A stretch of 64,000 nucleotides of DNA from a virus. The notes below the pieces were generated by a model. That model had not been told where the DNA came from and ran no database searches. It was given only the letters and a program-made list of their open reading frames with translations. How positions within the stretch are numbered: the first letter of the stretch is position 1; every line of letters starts with the position of its first letter. The translations under genes and the position numbers were made by a program. Shown here piece after piece: positions 16,736 through 24,840 of this stretch. Location: positions 96,001 through 160,000 of the IMG/VR virus record IMGVR_UViG_3300021181_000006; one strand, 5' to 3'.

Positions 16736-16981
16736 ATGGGTATTATCCTCAGCATCACTCTTGCAGTGATGCTTTTTATCTTAAATATTTTCTTTGCTGA
16801 GTATCTCTCTACGAAACATACCTTGAGAAACTTAAAGCTATACAAACAGCTGAATATAGAAACCATTTACACAACAGATGAGATACGTAAGCTCATCGTG
16901 AAATTCCGATGGATTATGGCAGTCATCATCCTGAATATCTTACTTATCATTACTGGAATGGTATTAGATCTCTATGTCTGA
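16736..16981 (+). CDS. small two-TM membrane protein
   Basis: two hydrophobic segments; YKQLNI motif between them. Confidence 0.65.
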   Translation: MGIILSITLAVMLFILNIFFAEYLSTKHTLRNLKLYKQLNIETIYTTDEIRKLIVKFRWIMAVIILNILLIITGMVLDLYV

Positions 16982-17267
16982 AAAACGCCCACTCATCGAC
17001 TCGGAAGTCGCAACACTTATTATTTGGATATTAGGAGTAATACTGATAGTAGGTATTATATGCGATACATTCTGTTTCTTTCGTAAAAAAAGAGCAGAAC
17101 AGTATAATAATTTGGTACAGGCTATCGCTAACGCTAAAACACCAGAAGAACGCGCTACATTTTCACGAGAATTAGAGATTCTTGATATCGATAAGGCTGC
17201 AAGTGATATCACTGAAGAAGCTCTGCTATTGGATCACGCAATTCAGAAAACAGCTACAAAAGAGTAA
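16974..17267 (+). CDS. single-TM membrane protein
   Basis: hydrophobic N-terminal segment. Confidence 0.65.
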   Translation: MSEKRPLIDSEVATLIIWILGVILIVGIICDTFCFFRKKRAEQYNNLVQAIANAKTPEERATFSRELEILDIDKAASDITEEALLLDHAIQKTATKE

Positions 17268-17269
17268 CT

Positions 17270-17593
17270 ATGAACGTATTCGACATCGGAGTCCTGATTC
17301 GGCAAACCTTTGTCGAATATGATCTTCTTTTAGACTTTAACTTTTATATATCTGATGAATATGCGATGATGTGCTATCCTGAAACAAATAGTTACATGAT
17401 ATTTAGACTCGGTGGCACTCTGCCATGGATGAACCTGCGTCCTTGTGCTTATGGACGTTTACTGCAGTTTGATTTCGACTTTCCTCAGACACTCATGACC
17501 CTTGGCCTCCAGACTGACGAAGTCTATCAATATCTCTTGAGAACTGGCAGGAGTAAACCGATCACCGAACAATACCTTTCAGATTTTTTGTAA
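17270..17593 (+). CDS. hypothetical protein
   Basis: 107 aa ORF. Confidence 0.7.
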   Translation: MNVFDIGVLIRQTFVEYDLLLDFNFYISDEYAMMCYPETNSYMIFRLGGTLPWMNLRPCAYGRLLQFDFDFPQTLMTLGLQTDEVYQYLLRTGRSKPITEQYLSDFL

Positions 17594-17594
17594 G

Positions 17595-17964
17595 TACCTA
17601 GGTAGTAGCATTAAAAGTGTGCATCGTAAGAGTGAGAGTCATGACTTTGTTTGAGCGATAAAGGTGCCTAGAAGATAGGGAACGCCCTCAACCCGCAAGG
17701 GAGTCGCTACAGCCTTCTTTCTGGACTGATATCAGCATGCCATATGCCCCTCACCAGGGCTCAGTATACCTTGCAAGGGACAACGCCTGAACAGCGACAG
17801 TCCAAACTGTGGCAGCAGAAAGAATGACCCAACAGATGATGACTGATATGACGTTATGTTTGTTTATCTTTATGATCTCGTTCAGGACCAGATCCACATA
17901 ATAACGTTATATGAGTAGAGTAAGATAATCGAGACTCTCTTTGGTTTAATAACACACCTAGGTA
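17595..17964 (+). ncRNA. candidate ~370-nt structured ncRNA
   Basis: ORF-free; closing stem tacctaggt/acctaggta, long-range gagagtc/gactctc and ttctttctg/cagaaagaa, GCAA tetraloop hairpin. Confidence 0.55.
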
Positions 17965-18034
17965 TTTATATCATTTTTTAGGATATAAGAGATTTGATAC
18001 GCGTCTGTAGCTCAATGGTAGAGCAGTGGACTTT

Positions 18035-18705
18035 TGTAATGGAAGCTTCATGTAGTAATACATGAATGAACATTTCGCTATATGCGGGAACACCCTCAGA
18101 GCCTGAAGTACCGAAAGGTAACAATCTTCAGGATTGGGCAATCCGCAGGAAACTTATAGACCTTATGATTAGTAATCATATACTCTCATTAAAAGGGGAG
18201 TATTATGCATGCAAAATCAAAAGGATTATTAGGAGAGCTAATGATAGCTAAGGATCTGGTTGAGTTCGGTTTTGAAGTTTTCACCGAATTAGGCGATAAC
18301 TCTAAAGTCGATCTTATTGGTTTATATGACTATAAACCATATAAGTTTCAAGTAAAAGCAGCAACTACCACTCAGCATGGAGTTGTTATGCTTGATTCAA
18401 GAAAATCAGGACCTAACTATCATTTCAGGTACGAAGCAAAACATGCAGATATATTCGCAATATATGTCCTAGATAGGAATATTATTGCTTATGTATCTGC
18501 AGAAATGCTATTATCTGGCATCTCTGTGACATTGAGAATCGATCCGGCTGCAAATAACCAAACAGCAAATGTTAGGTATATTGCAGACTATCGAGATCCT
18601 ATGAGGCTCCTCAGAGACTATACGCGAAACACCCAAACTCTGGGTGATGATATAGTCCAGACTACAACAGCAGCAACGCTGGTTCGTGAAAACGAAAGTA
18701 GTAGG
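18035..18705 (+). mobile_element. group I intron in tRNA-Lys(UUU), after U35
   Basis: P tatgcgggaa, Q caatccgcagg, R tcagagacta, S gatgatatagtcc, terminal G. Confidence 0.9.
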
Positions 18706-18708
18706 TAA
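18205..18708 (+). CDS. intron-encoded PD-(D/E)XK homing endonuclease (I-Ssp6803I-like)
   Basis: KGLLGEL.I..DL...G.EVF.....S.VDLI......KFQVK...DIFAIY. Confidence 0.85.
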   Translation: MHAKSKGLLGELMIAKDLVEFGFEVFTELGDNSKVDLIGLYDYKPYKFQVKAATTTQHGVVMLDSRKSGPNYHFRYEAKHADIFAIYVLDRNIIAYVSAEMLLSGISVTLRIDPAANNQTANVRYIADYRDPMRLLRDYTRNTQTLGDDIVQTTTAATLVRENESSR

Positions 18709-18769
18709 TCCACGGGTTGGCAGTTCAAATCTGCCCAGACGCACCACCCTTATTTCATGAAAGCCATCT

Positions 18770-19093
18770 ATGCCACCTAGAAAACCCATGGGTCTTGGCA
18801 CAATATATACACCTAAGAAAATATCATGGCAAACTATTCTACAACCATTGCTAGATGCACATGAAGCACGCCTTACTGATATAGAGAGAAATCTTGGTCT
18901 TGGTTATCCCTTTACGATAAAACACGAGCATAATGTGATTTTTATCTGTTATAGAGATAGGCTGCACGCTGTGAGGCCTGGACACTCTCCAGACCCAACT
19001 ACGTATTATAGTGAGTCTATTACCTCGTATACGTTGGTCACGGAACAAGGCTTAATGAATAAACATCATGAGTTTACATTACTACCATGGTAA
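18770..19093 (+). CDS. paralog family B member (LTDIERNLGLGYP)
   Basis: shared motif. Confidence 0.7.
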   Translation: MPPRKPMGLGTIYTPKKISWQTILQPLLDAHEARLTDIERNLGLGYPFTIKHEHNVIFICYRDRLHAVRPGHSPDPTTYYSESITSYTLVTEQGLMNKHHEFTLLPW

Positions 19094-19389
19094 ATGGTGG
19101 ACCTATGCTCTATACCTATCAATGGATAGAAATCCATCGACCATTCTTAATGGCTCATATGGCACGTCTTACTGATATAGAAAGACAGCTCGATATTGGA
19201 TTTCCATTCAAGCTTATACATAAGCCATTCGGAAGAATGGAATATAGGCATGAACTCTATAAGAATTACTTTCATATTAAAGGGATTCAGAACTTTATAT
19301 CCTATCATGCTCATGGATCATTCTTATCTGAAGAAGATGGAGATATACTGGATAACATCCGTAAGCAATTTGTAGTCGAGCCATGTTAA
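19087..19389 (+). CDS. paralog family B member (LTDIERQLDIGFP)
   Basis: shared motif. Confidence 0.7.
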   Translation: MVNGGPMLYTYQWIEIHRPFLMAHMARLTDIERQLDIGFPFKLIHKPFGRMEYRHELYKNYFHIKGIQNFISYHAHGSFLSEEDGDILDNIRKQFVVEPC

Positions 19390-19646
19390 ATTGGCATGTC
19401 GTTTTTTCTAATACTCTCAGAGTACATGAAGATGGTCTCACTCCCATGGAGAAACAGCTCAATATTGGATACCCTATACTTATCTCTATGATGAACCCTA
19501 AGAACGGATTGCAATATAAGATGCATCTCTATAAGACCTATTTCATCGAAGATATTCGTCTTCACCAAAAGATTTTCTATACCGATAGCTGTCCTTGGGA
19601 CGGATGGGTGATATCCAGTATACGTGAAAGTATTAGGCTATTATGA
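19383..19646 (+). CDS. paralog family B member (LTPMEKQLNIGYP)
   Basis: shared motif. Confidence 0.7.
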   Translation: MLNWHVVFSNTLRVHEDGLTPMEKQLNIGYPILISMMNPKNGLQYKMHLYKTYFIEDIRLHQKIFYTDSCPWDGWVISSIRESIRLL

Positions 19647-19912
19647 AAATATTGAAAACAATAAGCTTTGGTGAGGCATTAGCGCCTATTATTAATCAAT
19701 ACCGTGATAAACTCACTGATATAGAGCGAGATCTCAATATTCTCTTTCCTATACGTCTAAAAAACGCCTTCATTTATGAAGATCGTATTACTATATTCTA
19801 TGGACCTCAGTCAGATACGGTGATGTTTCATCAAATCATTATGTATGACACTATGGAGGTTGAAGTACATGATGATGAACTTACATTCCAGCTGCGACAG
19901 AAAAGATCATAA
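19643..19912 (+). CDS. paralog family B member (LTDIERDLNILFP)
   Basis: shared motif. Confidence 0.7.
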   Translation: MKILKTISFGEALAPIINQYRDKLTDIERDLNILFPIRLKNAFIYEDRITIFYGPQSDTVMFHQIIMYDTMEVEVHDDELTFQLRQKRS

Positions 19913-20188
19913 ATGGAAAATAGATTGACGTGGGGAGATCTCTTCCATGATGTCATGGAAGAGCGGCTATCGCGGGTGACAGAGATAGAACGGTGTATGA
20001 ATCTTACGTATCCTATTATAGTGAGGCTCCATCATCATATGAAAGTATATCTCTATAAAGATTATTTTACTTCACACTTTCCAGAAGATATTATCTCATA
20101 TCGAGTGTCGTATGCCATTATTCCTCAAATAGATAACGATGATCACTTTCTGGAAGAACTAAAAAAGACACTGACACTCATTACATAA
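19913..20188 (+). CDS. paralog family B member (VTEIERCMNLTYP)
   Basis: shared motif. Confidence 0.7.
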   Translation: MENRLTWGDLFHDVMEERLSRVTEIERCMNLTYPIIVRLHHHMKVYLYKDYFTSHFPEDIISYRVSYAIIPQIDNDDHFLEELKKTLTLIT

Positions 20189-20300
20189 GCAACCCAGTCT
20201 CAGGTGGTTGAACATCCCAGGTTTGGGATACCTTTCGCGTTTAAACTGAAGCCTAAAGAACGTTAAAACAGAGACATGGCTTCGTAATTTCAGGAAACAC

Positions 20301-20693
20301 ATGGAATTCGCTTCTCATATGCTTACTGGTAGTATACAAACTACTGCATTATTATTTGTATGGCGTAGCTATCGTCAGCAACGGAATAAAGTATTAGATG
20401 GAGAGTTAAAGATCGATCTTGGTATTATTAAACCACCTCCTACGGAAGAGACCAAGCACGCAGATAAGACACTTGATGAAGAAATGTCTGATTATCTCGA
20501 CAGTACTCCTATCACAGACCGTATTGACTGGGAGCTACACTTATTCAGAAAAAAGTGGATGAAGCGTGAAAAACTCTTCGCGTTCACTATGTCATTGCTC
20601 TATATCGTTATTAACATCTTTTCTATTTCCTATACGATACATGAACATCAGCCTATACCGCATCATCCGGTAGTGACTCTTCATAAGAAATAA
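20301..20693 (+). CDS. membrane protein (LKIDLGII motif)
   Basis: hydrophobic N- and C-terminal segments; cagga SD. Confidence 0.65.
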   Translation: MEFASHMLTGSIQTTALLFVWRSYRQQRNKVLDGELKIDLGIIKPPPTEETKHADKTLDEEMSDYLDSTPITDRIDWELHLFRKKWMKREKLFAFTMSLLYIVINIFSISYTIHEHQPIPHHPVVTLHKK

Positions 20694-20703
20694 TCTTTAA
20701 AAA

Positions 20704-20780
20704 GCTCCCATGGTGTAATCGGCTAACATACCTGATTTTCAATCAGGTGACTGACGGATCGTACCCGTCTGGGAGTACCA
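20704..20780 (+). tRNA. tRNA-Glu(UUC), A54/U58 variant
   Basis: gctccca/tgggagt, cctga-ttTTCaa-tcagg, T-loop atcgtac, CCA. Confidence 0.9.
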
Positions 20781-20795
20781 CTTCAAAGGATATCT

Positions 20796-21077
20796 ATGTT
20801 AAAATGCCTCGCTTGTGGCGTTGAAAAAGACATGCAAGAAAAAGAACTCTATACCTTCTGCGAACATAGGTTTATAGATGCTCCCATAGATCCATTATTA
20901 GAGTTAGATTGTCAAGGTGGACCATTGAATGATGGTTCTGGATATTGTGATTTCAGACGTGTGCTCGTATGCCATGCATGCTTTAATAAATTAGAGCCTG
21001 ATATGTGGATAGGCCAAGAATGCTGGGAACGCCTCTCTCCTATTACCCCATTTAACGAATTACCACATCTAGAATAG
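20796..21077 (+). CDS. Cys-rich hypothetical protein
   Basis: CxxC...CxxC. Confidence 0.7.
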   Translation: MLKCLACGVEKDMQEKELYTFCEHRFIDAPIDPLLELDCQGGPLNDGSGYCDFRRVLVCHACFNKLEPDMWIGQECWERLSPITPFNELPHLE

Positions 21078-21133
21078 GGTATAATAGCCATAGATTCAAA
21101 CAACCATAAGCCCTAATACGGCAAGGAGGATCT

Positions 21134-22114
21134 ATGCGTTATATCATGCTATTCTCAATACTTGCCGTGTTGGCAGGTTGTGGAGGGGGAGGGGGGTCCT
21201 CATCCAGCCAGACTTCTGGCGTTACACCACCCCCAACATCTGGTCCGACGCCTCCCACCGGAGTGACGTACCAGTTGTCAGACATCAACAGTGAGTGGAA
21301 TATCAAGGATTCCACTGGTGCCGTGACCGAGACGGTATTCTTCAACTCTCAGGGCCTAGAGACGGGTAATACGAATACCCTGTATATCTGGGAGCAGCAA
21401 GGCGTTCCTCAGGTCACGCAAGTGGTCTTGAATGCTTCGAATCAGTATGTGTGGTCTGAAATGATACATACCAAGTATGATCAATTCACTACCACCTATA
21501 CTGGTGTTCTCGATGCAGGTAAGGACCATATTACCGGAACTACGAGCATCGTGGATTTGCATCAGTCATCCACGAGCCCTACGATTACTACGATCACCAC
21601 GAGTAGTACATTCAGTGCTGATATCAATGGCGCAGTGATTGTAGCGCCTCCCCTGAGTGGATTTGTGAATACAGCTACGTCTACCTGGCAGATACCTGTT
21701 CCAATCGATAGCGCTACTGGTGGACCAATTTGGACGGCTACTATCCAATTTGGAGCAACAGTTGGGAATGAAGATCCCATGATTTCTGCGGTGTTGCCAC
21801 CGCTCATGGCTGGTGGTCAGTCGAATGGTACATTCACCTGGCTTTCGAATCAGTCGGAAGAAGGTGTTATGGTAGATGTCTGTGGAACAGTGCATATCAA
21901 GCTGTACTACTCATACACGAATGGAATTAGCCAACCGGCCTGGGATATCATCTATATCACCGGTACGTTATCAGCGAATGGTCAGCTCATTGTGGGTAAC
22001 TGCTATCGTGAGCAGTACAACAATGGCACTGGTCCAGGAACTGGTACTTGGAGTGGTACCACGCAATTCGGCGTCACTACGACCAGTGAACTGCTGTCTT
22101 CAAGCAACGGCTGA
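21134..22114 (+). CDS. predicted lipoprotein, Ser/Thr/Gly-rich beta protein
   Basis: AAGGAGG SD; signal peptide with lipobox LAGC then GGGGGSSSS linker. Confidence 0.8.
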   Translation: MRYIMLFSILAVLAGCGGGGGSSSSQTSGVTPPPTSGPTPPTGVTYQLSDINSEWNIKDSTGAVTETVFFNSQGLETGNTNTLYIWEQQGVPQVTQVVLNASNQYVWSEMIHTKYDQFTTTYTGVLDAGKDHITGTTSIVDLHQSSTSPTITTITTSSTFSADINGAVIVAPPLSGFVNTATSTWQIPVPIDSATGGPIWTATIQFGATVGNEDPMISAVLPPLMAGGQSNGTFTWLSNQSEEGVMVDVCGTVHIKLYYSYTNGISQPAWDIIYITGTLSANGQLIVGNCYREQYNNGTGPGTGTWSGTTQFGVTTTSELLSSSNG

Positions 22115-22176
22115 TACCAGCCACCAACGTCCTTTGTGGACGTTGTCTTACATAACCCTTTTTTTAGAAAGAATAT

Positions 22177-22461
22177 ATGAATAATATTATCGTCGTAACA
22201 ATCTTTGTCCTATTATTTTGTGCTGCTATTATGGTCGGTATTGCCAAATGTTCTAGGACTATCGTCCACGAATATGGTGGCAAGCAAACCATTATCCTCC
22301 CTCCGAACAAGCATCTCATCAATATCTCTTGGAAAGATGGAAATCTCTGGTATCTTACTCGTGACATGGCTATTGGTGAGATTGTACAGACCTATACCTT
22401 CCAGGAAAACTCAGCAGCTGGTATCTTCCAAGGTACCATCATCATTATTGAAACGCATTAA
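22177..22461 (+). CDS. membrane-anchored hypothetical protein
   Basis: N-terminal hydrophobic helix. Confidence 0.7.
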   Translation: MNNIIVVTIFVLLFCAAIMVGIAKCSRTIVHEYGGKQTIILPPNKHLINISWKDGNLWYLTRDMAIGEIVQTYTFQENSAAGIFQGTIIIIETH

Positions 22462-22769
22462 TGCCTGTAAAACAAACCATTAAGACCATTCAAATAGCAG
22501 GCGTTAATAAAAAATGCTGGAAGATGGGCGATCCAGTAGTGGTCGCTCTTTTAGGAGAAAACGAAAATGAAGGACGTTCAGCACGCTGCTGCTGTAGCTG
22601 CAAATACCATAAAGTACTCAAGTCACACCCATGGGTGAATGGTATGTCTATTAAACATACGCTTGGGTATGTCTGTACACAGGATATCTGGTCAGATGGC
22701 AAGGAAGCTGGTATGAACGTCATGGCCAGTGGACCACACGGACTCTGTGAGAGTTGGGAACAAAAATGA
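22461..22769 (+). CDS. Cys-rich hypothetical protein
   Basis: CCCSC...C...CESW. Confidence 0.65.
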   Translation: MPVKQTIKTIQIAGVNKKCWKMGDPVVVALLGENENEGRSARCCCSCKYHKVLKSHPWVNGMSIKHTLGYVCTQDIWSDGKEAGMNVMASGPHGLCESWEQK

Positions 22770-22948
22770 ATAAGCTATTTATCAACATGGATACATGGAC
22801 CAATGATGTTGTGGCAGGAACCGCTACGCATCTAGAACTATTTAAATTACTAGGGTGTATTTTTGCAATATGTCTCGTATGCGTCACCGTACTGTATATC
22901 TTTGGATACTTCTGGCTCAAAATCTGTGACGAATTGGGAGCACCGTAA
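22754..22948 (+). CDS. small membrane protein
   Basis: long hydrophobic segment. Confidence 0.55.
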   Translation: MGTKMNKLFINMDTWTNDVVAGTATHLELFKLLGCIFAICLVCVTVLYIFGYFWLKICDELGAP

Positions 22949-23214
22949 TGGAACGAGATCAACTGACTAAGAAACAGATCAATGAAGGTGTAGAAGCATT
23001 TCTTGATAAGTTTCATGCTATACGCAAGAAAAAGGGTGTTGGTGCTTGGGTTACTACCCATGAGGCTTTAGGTTTCGTCACTGAAGAGTATCACGAGTTA
23101 AGCGATGCGGTGAGATCGAACAGGCTGAATGATGTAGAGGCTGAACTCATGGATGTTGCTATATGCTCATTGTGGGCAATAGTATCGATTCGAGCAGGAA
23201 GTATTACTAAATAA
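22948..23214 (+). CDS. MazG-like NTP pyrophosphohydrolase
   Basis: EEYHEL..AV......VEAELMDVA (ExxE...ExxD). Confidence 0.75.
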   Translation: MERDQLTKKQINEGVEAFLDKFHAIRKKKGVGAWVTTHEALGFVTEEYHELSDAVRSNRLNDVEAELMDVAICSLWAIVSIRAGSITK

Positions 23215-23216
23215 CA

Positions 23217-23306
23217 GGAGAGATGGCAGAGCGGTTTATCGCGCTAGTTTTGAAAACTAGAAGGCCTGAAAGGGCTTCGGGGGTTCGAATCCCTCTCTCT
23301 CCGCCA
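23217..23306 (+). tRNA. tRNA-Ser(UGA)
   Basis: ggagaga/tctctcc, loop ttTGAaa, long variable arm, G73, CCA. Confidence 0.95.
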
Positions 23307-23509
23307 ATTTAATAGGAATAACATGGATTTCGATTACTACACAGAAGAAGAGCTTAAGCGCGGTGATGATATCAAAGTGTATAAAGCCATTATGCGTCAG
23401 ATAAAGAAAGCATCGCAAGAAGTTAAGAACTGGCCTAAGTCGATGCGAGATAACATTGTTAAAAGAACTACTACCATTGATAGTAATTAATCAAAGATAA
23501 GAATTATAT

Positions 23510-24538
23510 ATGACCACACACCACGAATTTCCTTGTCAGTCTCCTATACGCCGTGTTCTTTTCATCTGCAAGAAGCGCACTACAGAATACGGCGAGCTTA
23601 AAAGCTCGGGATTGCTTAATTCAGCACGCATGACTGCTCAAGCATTAGCTCATCACGGATGTCATACCAGATTGGTTGATGTCTTCGATGGAAATAGTGT
23701 TGATCGTGAAGTCTATGCATTTAAACCTACGCATGTTATTATTGAAGCGTTCTGGCTCACGCCATCTAAGCTCGAAGAGCTTATTAAGCTGCATCCAACC
23801 GTGCAGTGGCAAGTACGTAATCACTCAAAAATTCCTTTTTTAGCAGGCGAAGGAATCGCCATCGACTGGTGTTATCAGTACGCACAGCTACCGCGTTACA
23901 CCTTGTCTTCAAACTCTATTGAAGCGATGACCAACTTTAATAACGTAGGTATTCCCTGTGTCTATGCTCCCAATATCTATGAAGCTCGTATCCAAACTCC
24001 TCCAAAGAGAGTGCATGGACCTGACTTGCATATTGGGTGTTTTGGGGCTATACGACTGCTTAAAAATCATTTACTCCAGGCAGTGGCAGCCATTATGGTG
24101 GCAAATCAAACTGGTAAAAATCTTCGGTTTCATATAAATATTGCTCGGCAAGAGATGCAGGGCAGAGAGCCATTAAAGAATTTAAGGGCTCTCTTTGCTC
24201 ATCAATCAAATCATATTCTTGTAGAACATGATTGGCTTGACCACGATCAGTTCCTGAAGCTGATTGCTACTATGGATATTGGCACTCAAGTTTCTTATAC
24301 AGAAACCTTCAACATCGTCTCAGCTGACTTCGTCTCTATGGGTATTCCCATCATTGTGTCAGACGACATCAACTGGATGCCAGACGCAGCGATTGCTGAC
24401 TGTAACTCAGCTGAGAGTATCTCGAATCATGTGATGCGAGAACTGTCCCGTGATAGAGATCGCATTCAACACGAAAATGTTATTAGCTTAAAGAAATACA
24501 ACGCAAAGGCCATACAGGCATGGATATCGGATCTGTAG
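23510..24538 (+). CDS. glycosyltransferase, GT-B fold (GT4-like)
   Basis: IGCFGAIRLLKNHL.Q.VA...S..ETFNIV..D.V..GIPIIVS. Confidence 0.8.
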   Translation: MTTHHEFPCQSPIRRVLFICKKRTTEYGELKSSGLLNSARMTAQALAHHGCHTRLVDVFDGNSVDREVYAFKPTHVIIEAFWLTPSKLEELIKLHPTVQWQVRNHSKIPFLAGEGIAIDWCYQYAQLPRYTLSSNSIEAMTNFNNVGIPCVYAPNIYEARIQTPPKRVHGPDLHIGCFGAIRLLKNHLLQAVAAIMVANQTGKNLRFHINIARQEMQGREPLKNLRALFAHQSNHILVEHDWLDHDQFLKLIATMDIGTQVSYTETFNIVSADFVSMGIPIIVSDDINWMPDAAIADCNSAESISNHVMRELSRDRDRIQHENVISLKKYNAKAIQAWISDL

Positions 24539-24840
24539 ACATAGATAAGAAATATGTCACCAATAGATCATTGAGCGAACTGATTTTCGATAATCTTGAA
24601 CAGCGCACTAAGGATCAATGGAGCCTGAATCGTGATCTTGGATTACCCTATGAGGTACTCGTAGGTGATGGTATATTCTTTGGAATCAATGCCAATGGAT
24701 GGGTGTTAGGCGTGTCACATCCATGGGAATACAAAGGTTATTACGTGAATAATTGTCCATCAAAGAATGCGTTTATAACACAGCTTTCTGTGAGCAATGT
24801 TCGCTCTATCTATAGAAATTTATTCCCACAATTCCGGTAG
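24520..24840 (+). CDS. hypothetical protein (LNRDLGLPY motif)
   Basis: 106 aa ORF. Confidence 0.65.
   Translation: MDIGSVDIDKKYVTNRSLSELIFDNLEQRTKDQWSLNRDLGLPYEVLVGDGIFFGINANGWVLGVSHPWEYKGYYVNNCPSKNAFITQLSVSNVRSIYRNLFPQFR

Larger units (their letters stand above)
18001..18746 (+). tRNA. tRNA-Lys(UUU), split by a group I intron (exons 18001-18034 and 18706-18746)
   Basis: joined exons give gcgtctg/cagacgc, gtgga-ctTTTaa-tccac, CCA. Confidence 0.92.

Noticed and set aside
17595-17964. Calling this RNase P RNA or a group I/II intron outright
   Set aside because: Exact RNase P CR-I/CR-V motifs, group I R/S elements and group II domain V are absent; the resemblance is only topological.
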